Virus record (IMG/VR): IMGVR_UViG_3300035498_000732
Span: 1 to 64,000 of that record
Length of the DNA stretch: 64,000 nt
Strand: one strand, 5' to 3'
From: a virus
Lineage: Duplodnaviria; Caudoviricetes
Shown here piece by piece: positions 49,772 to 60,482 of the stretch (positions within the stretch are counted from its first letter, which is position 1; every line of letters starts with the position of its first letter). Below the pieces are notes generated by a model. It did no database searches. It was not told the origin of the DNA and saw only the letters and a program-made list of their open reading frames with translations. The position numbers and the translations under genes are program-made.

Positions 49772-52700
49772 CTATACCACATTGACATTAATATCAGCAG
49801 TCTTAGTTCCATCTTCATTATAAATCATATTAATATTGATAAACTCAGGTACAAGATCTACATAATCTTCATCTGAATGATAAAGATGTTGTACACCAGG
49901 TCCATAATTATCAATACTTAAGAACTCAAAGTATTCAATAGATTCTCTGAATTTATTTGTTACATCAGTAATCAAATTCGGAATATGAAGACTAGGTTCA
50001 CCATTAAGATCCTCAATGATAACTTTCTTTACATATGCCTTAATGTAATCTACAGTATTTACATCATGAGATGTCTTTAATTTAAGATCAAAATTAAGCT
50101 GTATATTTACTCTATCTATCAGAGTATATCCATCCAATGTAAATAATTTAGATGGGCCATATGTATTGAAGAACTTAAAGTCTAATCCAAATGGATTCCA
50201 AATCTTACTATTAGCATTATCAATGTATGCTTTCTTATAATTTAACTGATTTACAAAGTAATCCATTCTATCTTCATTCAATGCATACTGATATCCTACT
50301 ACTGGAAGACTTATTAATTCATATGCCTGATCCATTGTTTCATCACCATCTACTACACTTAGCTTAGATGACATAATACCAGAATAATTTACAAAGAAAT
50401 CCAATCCATCATTAACTTCAAACATATTTGTCACAGAATAATTTTCAAGTCCAGGAATATATGCATCAAGATCATATCTTCCTGCAGCACCACCATCTTC
50501 TACCAACACATATATTTTAGCAGGAGTATTACCAGCAAAGTAACCATAATCAGATCCTTCTTGACCGCAAATACCAAGATTCTCTATTCTGATATTATTT
50601 TCAGAATCTAAGATAATATTCTTTGTCTCCATTACAAATTGGAAATTGAATGAATAAGTAGATGCATCAAATGATACAAAATTACCCTCAGAGTATCTAT
50701 ATGCAGATCCATTTCTGTATAAGACAGTGAATACTTTAACTTTCATTGCTGTTACCACTGTGACTAATTCATCATCTAACTCTACTTGTTCTTCTTCATA
50801 TAATCCCATATCCTCCTGGATATTTTGAGATACAGTAATATCCATCTTATAACAATTATTATCAGTAATAAACTTACGATACCAATCTATATAATTGCAG
50901 ATAAACTGAATATCAGAATCCTGATTGATATACTTATAATTCATATACTTACTTTCATCAATAACGCAGAGATAGTATGATGCATATTGCTGATCTCCAG
51001 CATTAATGATAATAGTATATGGATTTGTATAGTAGAATACTGTATTATCACTAGTATCTACTTCAAAATCTTTTTCATCTGTAACCAAATACATGAAGTC
51101 TAATACAGATGCATCATATACTGGCTGTACTTGTGAGATATTATCTACTACTTTATAAGTAGGATTATTTACTACTTCATCATTTTCTGTAAATTCAGAC
51201 TCAGTCCCTTCTCCACCAGTACCCTCCACTCCATCTGTAAGTACAATTGTATCGTAATCTTCACCAGATGATTCTTGAGTAGGTGGATTCTCAGTATCTA
51301 CATTAGTAGTGTCTACTTCATAATCTGTTACTCCAGACTCTAATCTGGTTTCTGCATCTGGATCTTCTGCATCACTTTCTTCCATTGCAGATAATGCTTC
51401 TGTAGCAGCTGTATTAATAGCTACTAATTCAGGTTCAATATCTGGATCATCTAATGCTGATACTGTTGATGGTTCCCCTTCATCTGTATTACTTGATTCT
51501 TCTCCAGTATTATCTATCTCCCCCTCTGATTGTTCCTCATTCGAGTCGCTCCCTTCTTTTTCTGACCCATCTGCTGTTTCCCCATTTTCATCTGTTTCAT
51601 TGTTGTCTGATTCACTGTTTTCTTCACTGGTTCCTTCTCCTCCGCTGTTCTCTCCATTATCACCTGTCGATAAATCTTCTGGAGTTTGATTGCTCTCAGT
51701 TTCTTTATTATCGTCTTTATCATCTCCATTACCCTCCTCAGGTTGATCTGTAGTATCTATAATTTCATTATCCTCTTTAGTAGCAAGATCTCCTAATCCC
51801 TCTTCAGATATATCATTATGAATAAGAACTCCATATCCATCTGCGCTACTATATTTAATAATAGCACCAGCAGGAATTACGTACCTTTCATTAGTATTAA
51901 TTGGAAGATCACATTTTCTAGTGAAGAGCTTAATGGTATTCGTTGGAATTATATTAGACTCTTCATCTTTAATAAGAAGATGTGCATAATATGTATGCTC
52001 AACTTGGTTATCTACTTTACGATCCATTCTAATCATATTATCATCAGTATTCAACTGATTAAAATAATTATCAAGGTCTGTATCTGTAGTAATAGCTCCT
52101 CTAGCTAATGCTTCTTTAGGTATAATGGTCTTTAATTCATCAGCACTTTTAGCGTCTTGGCCATTCTCTGAATCTGTTTGAATCCAAACCATTGAAGTTA
52201 TATTGGAATAATTATAAGTATCAGACTCAAGTGTAGCAAATACTGCATCTTGAAGATACTTAAAGTTACCCTCATATGCTTTTGTAGTCTGCATTCTTAC
52301 ATTAATTTCTGTATTGATCTTTGGAGTATATGATGTACGTTCAAATTTAACACGTACTCTTGTATCATCAAGTAAGATATAATAGCAGAACTTACTATCT
52401 GTAGGTGTTACTCCTCCCTCATATATAGGAGTCAATGTTGTGGTTATTCCATTATCTACTACATCCACTACAAAGTCAGCTAATTGATCCTCATGAGTAA
52501 ATATAAAAGTCTTATTGTCAATAAGATTACTGGTAATCAATTTATTCTGTACTGTGGTAAGGGTAACCTGATATAATTGAACTTGCACTCCTAAATATTT
52601 CTCTCCTCCATATACCATTGTAACAGGAGCATTAAGGTAAGGATTAGTAATATTAGAAAGATTATTCGGTTCTGAATTATCATATCTAGCAGTATATACA

Positions 52701-53173
52701 GTTTCATTCTGATTAATAGTAACCTTAGTAAGGACTATATTGTAGTATGGATGAAACTCATATGTTTCTGTATCATCATTATCCTCTTCACCACTATCTA
52801 TATAAATAGAGCAGTGCTTATCAATAACAAACATATCATTTACTGAGTACTTCTCTATATCACTATATTTAATACAGATAATAGCAGTCAATGATGCAGG
52901 AGTAGCATAGATATCATCTATGCCATATAATATAGCATGGGTAATGATATTTCTATCATATTTTGCTCTATTAGGAAATACTTCATTGGATAACTCAGAT
53001 GCCATTTGTACATTCATTTGCATCTTAGCAGTTTCCAATGATCCAATATATCCATATATGCCCATTGATAATGTCTGCTCATCTTCATCTACATACTGTT
53101 GCTTTACTTCTTTTACTGCATCAGCAATAGCATATACATCTGAGCTAAGTAAATTATCAAATACTGTAGCCAT
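49772..53173 (-). CDS. Baseplate wedge protein (T4 gp6/P2 J-like) with acidic insertion
   Basis: NEVFPNRAK..NI..HA and NGQDAKSADELK..PK..ARGAITT.TD baseplate-J-like motifs. Confidence 0.7.
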   Translation of the reverse strand: MATVFDNLLSSDVYAIADAVKEVKQQYVDEDEQTLSMGIYGYIGSLETAKMQMNVQMASELSNEVFPNRAKYDRNIITHAILYGIDDIYATPASLTAIICIKYSDIEKYSVNDMFVIDKHCSIYIDSGEEDNDDTETYEFHPYYNIVLTKVTINQNETVYTARYDNSEPNNLSNITNPYLNAPVTMVYGGEKYLGVQVQLYQVTLTTVQNKLITSNLIDNKTFIFTHEDQLADFVVDVVDNGITTTLTPIYEGGVTPTDSKFCYYILLDDTRVRVKFERTSYTPKINTEINVRMQTTKAYEGNFKYLQDAVFATLESDTYNYSNITSMVWIQTDSENGQDAKSADELKTIIPKEALARGAITTDTDLDNYFNQLNTDDNMIRMDRKVDNQVEHTYYAHLLIKDEESNIIPTNTIKLFTRKCDLPINTNERYVIPAGAIIKYSSADGYGVLIHNDISEEGLGDLATKEDNEIIDTTDQPEEGNGDDKDDNKETESNQTPEDLSTGDNGENSGGEGTSEENSESDNNETDENGETADGSEKEGSDSNEEQSEGEIDNTGEESSNTDEGEPSTVSALDDPDIEPELVAINTAATEALSAMEESDAEDPDAETRLESGVTDYEVDTTNVDTENPPTQESSGEDYDTIVLTDGVEGTGGEGTESEFTENDEVVNNPTYKVVDNISQVQPVYDASVLDFMYLVTDEKDFEVDTSDNTVFYYTNPYTIIINAGDQQYASYYLCVIDESKYMNYKYINQDSDIQFICNYIDWYRKFITDNNCYKMDITVSQNIQEDMGLYEEEQVELDDELVTVVTAMKVKVFTVLYRNGSAYRYSEGNFVSFDASTYSFNFQFVMETKNIILDSENNIRIENLGICGQEGSDYGYFAGNTPAKIYVLVEDGGAAGRYDLDAYIPGLENYSVTNMFEVNDGLDFFVNYSGIMSSKLSVVDGDETMDQAYELISLPVVGYQYALNEDRMDYFVNQLNYKKAYIDNANSKIWNPFGLDFKFFNTYGPSKLFTLDGYTLIDRVNIQLNFDLKLKTSHDVNTVDYIKAYVKKVIIEDLNGEPSLHIPNLITDVTNKFRESIEYFEFLSIDNYGPGVQHLYHSDEDYVDLVPEFININMIYNEDGTKTADINVNVV

Positions 53174-53187
53174 TGTTGTTCTCCTCC

Positions 53188-54264
53188 TTATTTAATCCAT
53201 CTTAGCCTTGGCACATACGTAGTAGATGTCTTTGTAGGCTTCTCCATTTTAATATATGCACCACTAGCCCAAGTTCTATCAATACGCCCAGAATCATGAT
53301 TAAATGTAGACATAGTTTCACTGTTTGCATATTTTTCCATAAGCGTATTAAATTCATATATAATCAATGGATTCATATCTTCTATAAAAGCAGATTTCCA
53401 TTGTATAGATAAAGATAATCCAGCACTAGAAAAGTCTCCATTGCCAAATACACTTCTTGGAACTGATGTAGGATAGCACCCCCACAATTTGGCATAGTGA
53501 GCTATTGTCATCATGTCATCTAGGAGAGTAAATTTATATATAGCAATCTGGTCATGGAGTACTTTATTCTGTATATATCTAATATCAGGAGTTATTCTTC
53601 CTAATCTCTTTAGTCTCTCATATTCATCATATGCTTTAAAAAACATGTATATGTCAAGATGCCTAGTATCTTCAAACTCCAAAGAAAATGAAAATCCATC
53701 ATCTGATGCCTCTGAACTTCCTCTATATTCATAATTATTTCCATGCATATTTGAGGCAATATCAATATCTACCGAATTTATATCCGGTAGATCTAATGTA
53801 TCTTTTACTCTATTATGAAGAAGAGCTATAGTACCACCTTTATGAGATGACTGTAATGAATCTATTACCTCTGGATAATAATCCTTCAAGTTTACAAAGA
53901 ACTCTACATTCTCTAATTCACTTTGAAGATTATTATTGGTGCCATCCATTATATGAAGATCTGGTTTAGTGAAAAATAAAACCTCTTTCGTATTAGGCAT
54001 TCTATTATATGGATCATTATAACCAAACTTACTATATTTGGTATACATACCACTTTTAATAGTAGATGGTTTTAATAGTCCATGGGTTTCAAGCATAGAT
54101 GAATCTGAATTAGATATTTGATTAAAATTAGCTCCGGTAATTTGTCTATATAGAGTATTCTTAGATCTATTTAATCCATACTCTAGACTATTAGCTCCTA
54201 ATTTATCATGTTCATTATCAGAGCTTATATTAGTAATCTTACTTACTTTGCCTTTACTAGCCAT
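53188..54264 (-). CDS. Tail-tube-fold baseplate protein
   Basis: KLWGCYPTSVP; late promoter 54293-54304; AGGAGG RBS before ATG 54264. Confidence 0.6.
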   Translation of the reverse strand: MASKGKVSKITNISSDNEHDKLGANSLEYGLNRSKNTLYRQITGANFNQISNSDSSMLETHGLLKPSTIKSGMYTKYSKFGYNDPYNRMPNTKEVLFFTKPDLHIMDGTNNNLQSELENVEFFVNLKDYYPEVIDSLQSSHKGGTIALLHNRVKDTLDLPDINSVDIDIASNMHGNNYEYRGSSEASDDGFSFSLEFEDTRHLDIYMFFKAYDEYERLKRLGRITPDIRYIQNKVLHDQIAIYKFTLLDDMMTIAHYAKLWGCYPTSVPRSVFGNGDFSSAGLSLSIQWKSAFIEDMNPLIIYEFNTLMEKYANSETMSTFNHDSGRIDRTWASGAYIKMEKPTKTSTTYVPRLRWIK

Positions 54265-54347
54265 GCCAGACTTCCTCCTTTCACGTAACAATTATTGATA
54301 AGTTCTGCTATTTAATAAGTCCTCGATTGCATATTATATCAGTAATA

Positions 54348-54739
54348 AATAAAGCCAATAATTGTGATTGAATCTATTAATTACCATTATTCAATAAAGC
54401 TAAATGAAGATTTAAAGAAAGGATGGAAATACAATTATGATGAAGAATAGAACCAATAGAATTAATGGAGTACCAATGGCAGGATGTGCATCTGTCTTTG
54501 ATGATAGATTCATGAGAGAGAATTTTCCAAATTCTGTATCTAAAGAGGAACCAATGTGGGTTCCTTTTGAAGAGCATAGAAGACATATAGATTATTCTAG
54601 AATGGATATATATGATGGGTATATTGCAGATGTATTCCTTAATGGTAATTTCATTGGATCAATAGATAGTAAATCAGTATTAGAAGTTAAATGCAGAAGA
54701 AAAGTATAAAAATATTTTTCAATTACTATTGGCTTTATT
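54348..54739 (+). repeat. Inverted-repeat-bounded gene unit 1
   Basis: 54348-54371 is complementary to 54719-54739. Confidence 0.8.
54437..54709 (+). CDS. Early hypothetical protein, paralog of 54877
   Basis: INGVPMAGC..DD.FM..NF shared N-terminus. Confidence 0.8.
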   Translation: MMKNRTNRINGVPMAGCASVFDDRFMRENFPNSVSKEEPMWVPFEEHRRHIDYSRMDIYDGYIADVFLNGNFIGSIDSKSVLEVKCRRKV

Positions 54740-54760
54740 TTTTTCTTATCAAAATATATT

Positions 54761-54776
54761 TCAATTGCATATTATA
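54761..54776 (+). promoter_or_regulatory. Early promoter TCAATTRYATA(T/A)TATA (representative of ~13 copies)
   Basis: Similar at ~9688, 9828, 10815, 11327, 25806, 31471, 54325 (plus) and ~2006, 18508, 21187, 23709, 24347 (minus), upstream of non-structural genes. Confidence 0.75.
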
Positions 54777-54783
54777 ATAATAG

Positions 54784-55193
54784 AATAAAGCCAGTAATTG
54801 TGATTGACCATCCCGCAATTAGTCGTCGCTCGTAAGAGCTAAACAAAGATTTTAAGAAAAGGATGGAAATGCAATTATGATGAAAAAAGCACCGACAATT
54901 AATGGGGTACCAATGGCATGTTGTAGCCAAATTTGTGATGATGAATTTATGGAGATTAATTTTGGTAGTAAACCAAGGCGATCTAATACTAACTATAATT
55001 ATACTGAAGAAGTAATAACAAGTGTAGAAGACCTTGGAAGATCAGATGAATATCAATTAAAAGTACCATCAGGAGCTAAAGCTATGATATATGTAAATGG
55101 GTGTCCTGTGTTTGGGCCAATAATAGGAGAAGCACAGATATCTGTTATAGAAATTGAATATTATTAATATTCAATCCCATTATTGGCTTTATT
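54784..55193 (+). repeat. Inverted-repeat-bounded gene unit 2
   Basis: 54784-54807 is complementary to 55171-55193. Confidence 0.8.
54877..55167 (+). CDS. Early hypothetical protein, paralog of 54437
   Basis: INGVPMACC..DD.FM..NF. Confidence 0.8.
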   Translation: MMKKAPTINGVPMACCSQICDDEFMEINFGSKPRRSNTNYNYTEEVITSVEDLGRSDEYQLKVPSGAKAMIYVNGCPVFGPIIGEAQISVIEIEYY

Positions 55194-55282
55194 TTTTCTT
55201 ATAAATCTCTGAGAGCTTCACATATCAGTGCCACAACATTAAATTAATTTAATATGATTAAAATAAGGAGGATATAAATGCT

Positions 55283-56911
55283 ATGATTAATAGTGTAATT
55301 CACGAAACTATTCTTAGAGATATAGTAGATTTAGTTAGTGATGTGAAGGATGACTATGAAGCCGCAAGCGGGATACTGAAAGCATCAGGTGGAAATGCAT
55401 ATAGTTCTATCATGAAGGCTACATCAGATTTAGTATTAGTTTTTCCATTTCTATGTGACAGTACTGTAAGCATGGAAACAGCTAATATGACATCTAAAGC
55501 TATTGAACGCCAATGTGTAACAATGCTTAGGCTTCTTTTTTCTGCATGCCAGATTTCTGATTATAGTAATGGCAGGGAGTTTTTAGCTCAATTTCATAAT
55601 AATATTAAACCAGATACTCCTGGAGAAATGGATCTTGATGATTTTCTTACTATAATGGATAAATACACAGAGTCAGGGGATCTTATTATTAGAGATCGCA
55701 AGGCATATAATACCATTATGGAGCAGCTTCACAATATGTGTAATCAGGAACCACTTGCTGAAACTATAAATGAACAATCATTGTCTGATTTTAGTATATT
55801 AGAGAGAAATGGTAGTCTCAGTGTTCTTGGAGAAGCCAAGAATAATAATGACAGACGTAACAATAGAAATAGTGGTGGCAGCAGAAATAACGGTGGCAGA
55901 GGAACTAGATCTGATAAACCTAGATCTGGCCGAGGCAATGCTACATCTACTTTTGAATATGATGACGATGCATTTGAAAAAGCAATAGCATATGCATATG
56001 GAGATGAAGAAGATAGAGCTGCTCAGGATCTTGAAGATGCTATGAAATGGCGTAATAGCAAGGCCGGAAAGGCCAGTGTTACTAAAGATAAGAAATCTTC
56101 TATGGATAAGTATATACAAGGCCAAAAAATATCTAAAGTTCTGCAAGGTAAAGCTAAGGCTAATGTAAAAGTAAATGACAAAGATCTTATGGATCCGAAA
56201 GACCTTGCTCAGTTTTATAAAAATATGGCGGATGCTCAGAATAATATGATTCTTGATACAGATGCCAAGAAAGCTAATGAACTTCAGCCTTCATTGATGC
56301 TGATCAATTATACATATAAAAATGATCAGGGATATTATTGCCCTGCTCAATTTGTATGTGGAGTTAAATGCCGTCTTATTCCTGTTGATCCTGTAGATAT
56401 TGCTAATAGGATTTTAGTTAAGCATCAGGATAGAAATGTATTATTTAATTTTATTAGAGCTACTACAGGCGAGACTGCATTTGTAAAAGATTTCTTATTC
56501 GCTATTGATAGAGCAAAGATTGATGCTATGTCTAATTCCAGAACTGGATCTTCAAACAAGATGTGGAAGGTTCTTGAGCGTAGAGCAAATCTTTCTAAAT
56601 ACCGTCAGTATTTTACTAAGAGTAATGATTGTGCTATGATTACTACTCTTGGTATTTCTAAAGAATTAGCTGAATACATTAAGAAAGAAAATGGCATTGA
56701 TATGGAGAATCCTAAAGTTGCTGCCCAGATTATGGAAGGCTATAATCTTATGGGATTTATAGTTATTGATGAAGCTGTAGAAGTAAATAAGTTCTTATGG
56801 GATAATGGTGAAAGGTATTTTGAAACCATTACATTTAATAACTTGGAAAGGGAAAATTCTGGCGGTGAGTATAAGAAAGCTCTTAATCTCATGCAGAAGA
56901 TGTACAGGTAG
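55283..56911 (+). CDS. Virion head-associated structural protein
   Basis: Late promoter 55235-55246; candidate E-cleavage sites; N/R/G-rich insertion. Confidence 0.6.
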   Translation: MINSVIHETILRDIVDLVSDVKDDYEAASGILKASGGNAYSSIMKATSDLVLVFPFLCDSTVSMETANMTSKAIERQCVTMLRLLFSACQISDYSNGREFLAQFHNNIKPDTPGEMDLDDFLTIMDKYTESGDLIIRDRKAYNTIMEQLHNMCNQEPLAETINEQSLSDFSILERNGSLSVLGEAKNNNDRRNNRNSGGSRNNGGRGTRSDKPRSGRGNATSTFEYDDDAFEKAIAYAYGDEEDRAAQDLEDAMKWRNSKAGKASVTKDKKSSMDKYIQGQKISKVLQGKAKANVKVNDKDLMDPKDLAQFYKNMADAQNNMILDTDAKKANELQPSLMLINYTYKNDQGYYCPAQFVCGVKCRLIPVDPVDIANRILVKHQDRNVLFNFIRATTGETAFVKDFLFAIDRAKIDAMSNSRTGSSNKMWKVLERRANLSKYRQYFTKSNDCAMITTLGISKELAEYIKKENGIDMENPKVAAQIMEGYNLMGFIVIDEAVEVNKFLWDNGERYFETITFNNLERENSGGEYKKALNLMQKMYR

Positions 56912-56932
56912 ATAGGAGGTAAATGATCGAAA

Positions 56933-58009
56933 ATGAGTAGTTTATTATATGAACATGGAAAACGATTGGATAACTCCGTATTTGCAGATACAATTATCAA
57001 TAAGAAAGATTATGAAAGCATCATCTCTGAGAATATGGATCTCACAGATATGCAGACATTAGCTACTGTAAATGCTATTAATGAAGCAGATAGAGCAGCC
57101 GTACTTACTTCTCTTACATCTAGACTCTATGATAATATTGTAGATAAAGTAGATGATATTGATTTTGGTACTATTGCTACTTCTAAGGGTGATATTACTA
57201 AAATTGAGAATTATGAGAGATTATTGGATTGTATCGAGGTATTGAGATCAATTGTTAAGGAATATCATCAGTCTACTGAACCTATTGATGTAGTATCTGA
57301 TGCTATTACTAATATTAGAAATCGTACTAAGCTATGGACTAAGTGTTATGCTATGAATTTGGAGTTACCTATAATCTTATATCAAACAATGACTATGGCT
57401 TGTGTATCTTCAATTTCATTATTGATTGCTACTAGTATTGAATTTATTAAAAATTCAGAAGATGGCACATATACAGCTGCCTTAGATAAAGTGGCTTATA
57501 ATAAAACAAGTGTTAATCTTCTCTATAGTAATCTTAAGAAGTTTAATAATGCTTGTAAGTCTGGAGAGATTGATGAAGTTGTTAATCATATCATCTCTAC
57601 AAATTCTAAGCAATTTGTTGGTGCTGTATGTAATATTCTGGTATCTGGTGCTGCAGTGGTAGCAATTATTAAATTCATTGTACCTATGCTGAGAGAATTG
57701 GTATACTTCTTCTATTCTGCTAAACAGTCTGTATCTGACTATTTTGCTATTCAGGCAGATTTATTAGAGGTAAATGCTAATAACGTTCAGTATAAGTCCG
57801 ATATTCCAGATGAGAAACGTACTATCATCTATAATAGACAGAAAGGCATTGCTGATAAATTTAGGAATATTAGTAATACTTTTGCTATTAAGATGAATAA
57901 AGCACAACATGATGCTGATAAGAGTATCACTAGTGAGAAAAAGAAATATAAGATTTCTGATATTACCTATGAGAAGCTTGATTCAGACGATTCATATGGC
58001 TTATTTTAG
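56933..58009 (+). CDS. Virion head-associated structural protein
   Basis: Co-transcribed with 55283; ISE/INE sites; hydrophobic helices. Confidence 0.6.
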   Translation: MSSLLYEHGKRLDNSVFADTIINKKDYESIISENMDLTDMQTLATVNAINEADRAAVLTSLTSRLYDNIVDKVDDIDFGTIATSKGDITKIENYERLLDCIEVLRSIVKEYHQSTEPIDVVSDAITNIRNRTKLWTKCYAMNLELPIILYQTMTMACVSSISLLIATSIEFIKNSEDGTYTAALDKVAYNKTSVNLLYSNLKKFNNACKSGEIDEVVNHIISTNSKQFVGAVCNILVSGAAVVAIIKFIVPMLRELVYFFYSAKQSVSDYFAIQADLLEVNANNVQYKSDIPDEKRTIIYNRQKGIADKFRNISNTFAIKMNKAQHDADKSITSEKKKYKISDITYEKLDSDDSYGLF

Positions 58010-58127
58010 CTATCATGTATTCTTTTAAAAATAAACATAATAATAATTGGCAGCCTAGCATGGTTATAAGCCATGCTTGGCTACTAAATCCTAAAGTAAA
58101 ATATATTTTATAAGGAGGATATACATA

Positions 58128-59255
58128 ATGGTATATGGAAGTATTTATGGTGCTTCTAGATATGGCGTAAGTGAGGCTCAGTTCAATCCTGACTATGCTA
58201 TGCCTGATGGACCATCATTGGTGGTCGAAGAGTCTATTAAATTCGACCAGAATATGTTTGATGTTATTATTGAACGTGATTTTGTAGAGTGTGCTGCTAT
58301 GCAGGGCGCTATTAGCGAATCCACTCTTTATGCTATTGATGAAAGCTTTGTTTCTGACGTTTGGGGAAGAGTTAAAGAGTTTATTGCTAAGGTAAAAGAA
58401 AAGATCGTATCTATTGCTAAGGCTGCTGCATTGAGAGTAAATGCATTCTTTACAAAAGATGGATCTGCTCTTGTTGAGAAGTATGGCCGTCAGTTTGATG
58501 CTGCTGATGTATCTAAGCTTGAAATCAAGGGATGGAGAGAGAAGAAAGAAAGCGGAAGTGGCATTCTTGCTTCATTAGGAAATACAAGTGAACTTTCTGT
58601 AGTTAAATCATATGAAGGTGCTATTACTGTCAGCACACAGAAGGAAAAAGATAAATTTGAAAAGGAGCATGGTGTAGATAAGGTATTATCTACATATCTT
58701 GGTGGCAAGAAGACTACGTATGCTACATTCACAAAAGATGCAGAGTCTAAAGTATTTAAGGATCCAGCTACTGTAAAAGCAAGCAAGATTAGAAATACAA
58801 TCAAAGATATCGTTTCTGGTAATGGAAAGAGCATTAATGAAATTACTGAAATCAAAGATACAACTGAAAAAGCATATTCCACAGCAGAAGAAGATGCTCA
58901 GAAACAGATAGATAAAGCTAGAAGTGATACATATGAAGATGATGCAGATGCTGGCAATGGCGGCAAAGGCAAGACATCTCAGGAAAAACATGATGCAGCT
59001 GTATTCCAGGCAGAGTGTGCTAAGTTTGTCATTAGTGAAAACTCGAAGGCTGTTAGTAAAGTATTTTCCACATATCTTGATATCTTAAAACTTGATCTGA
59101 AGCAAGCAAGGAAGGCATTTATTACTATTGCTTCTAAGGGAGCAGGCAAGGTTACCGAGTCTACATTGCTTGAGGCTGTACTTGATGCTGATGAGTATGA
59201 AGTAGATTCATTCTTTGATCAGTACAGCTATGACTTTGAAGAACTTATTTCATAA
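58128..59255 (+). CDS. Head-internal protein, paralog of 59279
   Basis: MVYGS(I/V)Y start; acidic propeptide then ES..W.RVKEFI.K; late promoter 58034-58045. Confidence 0.65.
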   Translation: MVYGSIYGASRYGVSEAQFNPDYAMPDGPSLVVEESIKFDQNMFDVIIERDFVECAAMQGAISESTLYAIDESFVSDVWGRVKEFIAKVKEKIVSIAKAAALRVNAFFTKDGSALVEKYGRQFDAADVSKLEIKGWREKKESGSGILASLGNTSELSVVKSYEGAITVSTQKEKDKFEKEHGVDKVLSTYLGGKKTTYATFTKDAESKVFKDPATVKASKIRNTIKDIVSGNGKSINEITEIKDTTEKAYSTAEEDAQKQIDKARSDTYEDDADAGNGGKGKTSQEKHDAAVFQAECAKFVISENSKAVSKVFSTYLDILKLDLKQARKAFITIASKGAGKVTESTLLEAVLDADEYEVDSFFDQYSYDFEELIS

Positions 59256-59278
59256 TCTATAAAGGAGGAAAACAAATT

Positions 59279-60412
59279 ATGGTATACGGAAGTGTATATA
59301 GTTTAAGGGAATCTGCATTGAACTATGTAGAGCCTTATGAATTTGATGATTCCATCTCCTTTACAGAGATGGGTGCTATTGCAGTTGCTGAATCTACAGA
59401 AGATTGGAACAGAATGATGAGAGCTATTGCTCTTACAGAGTTATCATATGTTGCAGAGGCAGGCCAGGAATTGATTTATGAGTCTGTAGATATCGAGGCA
59501 ATTAAAAATAAAGTAGTTAAGTGGTTTCAGAATCTTTGGGCTAAAATCCAGGGTATCGCAAAGACAGCTCTTGCTAAGTTTGCAAGCTTTGGCAAGAATG
59601 ATGAATCATTCATTGATAAATATTCTAAAGATATTTATACCGGTGAAGATAATATTCCAGATGGATTTTCATTTAAAGGATATAAATTCCATGAAAACCT
59701 CAAGAGTTTATCTGATGATGTAAAGTCCGAATATGAAAAAATTACTAACAGAGTTCCAAATAAAATAAAAGTAGTAAGTGGATACAAGAAATCAGCTGAT
59801 TCTAGTACAACAGGTAGCAGTGTTATTAATAAATTTTTATCAGAGTCTGATACTACATTTAGTGATCTTGAATCTAGTTTTAGAGCTTCAATTTGTGGAC
59901 ATGGATCTGGGAAAGTATCTGCTTCTGATTTTGGAAAGGAATTAGATAAATATTTTAGAGGAAGTTCAGCTAAAGTGTTTATTAATAAAAATGGTATCGA
60001 TGCTAAGAACTTAATATCTATTGTTAGTGGAGCTAAAGATGCTATTGATGCTGCTGAGGATGCCCGTGATACTGCAAAGGATACGATTGATGAATCAATC
60101 GATAAAGTGGATGAGGCTGCAGACAGCTTTAATGATACGCCTGAAGATTCTACAGATGCTGAAGCTGTAAAGCTTCAGTCTGCAAAGTCTAGATACTTTA
60201 CAAAATATTCTGGTTATTTAAAGAATATTGAGTCTGCTGTATCTATTTGGTTCTCGCATTATATTTCAGCACTCAAGGATCAGAATCGTCAGGCAAAGGC
60301 TATCTGTGTTAAGCTCGTAGGTTTTGCAAATGGTGTTGGCGGTAAGAAAGATCTTACAAAGAATGAAGCTGCTTCTATCTTAGAAGACCGTTTTGCAACT
60401 ATCTTTGATTAA
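59279..60412 (+). CDS. Head-internal protein, paralog of 58128
   Basis: Same architecture (YES..IK.KVVKWF.NLW.KI). Confidence 0.65.
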   Translation: MVYGSVYSLRESALNYVEPYEFDDSISFTEMGAIAVAESTEDWNRMMRAIALTELSYVAEAGQELIYESVDIEAIKNKVVKWFQNLWAKIQGIAKTALAKFASFGKNDESFIDKYSKDIYTGEDNIPDGFSFKGYKFHENLKSLSDDVKSEYEKITNRVPNKIKVVSGYKKSADSSTTGSSVINKFLSESDTTFSDLESSFRASICGHGSGKVSASDFGKELDKYFRGSSAKVFINKNGIDAKNLISIVSGAKDAIDAAEDARDTAKDTIDESIDKVDEAADSFNDTPEDSTDAEAVKLQSAKSRYFTKYSGYLKNIESAVSIWFSHYISALKDQNRQAKAICVKLVGFANGVGGKKDLTKNEAASILEDRFATIFD

Positions 60413-60482
60413 AAGATAAAATCTAGCCAGAGGGGGTTTGAAAGCCCTCTCTGGTATTTTTCATAAAAAAGGAGAGTAGAAT

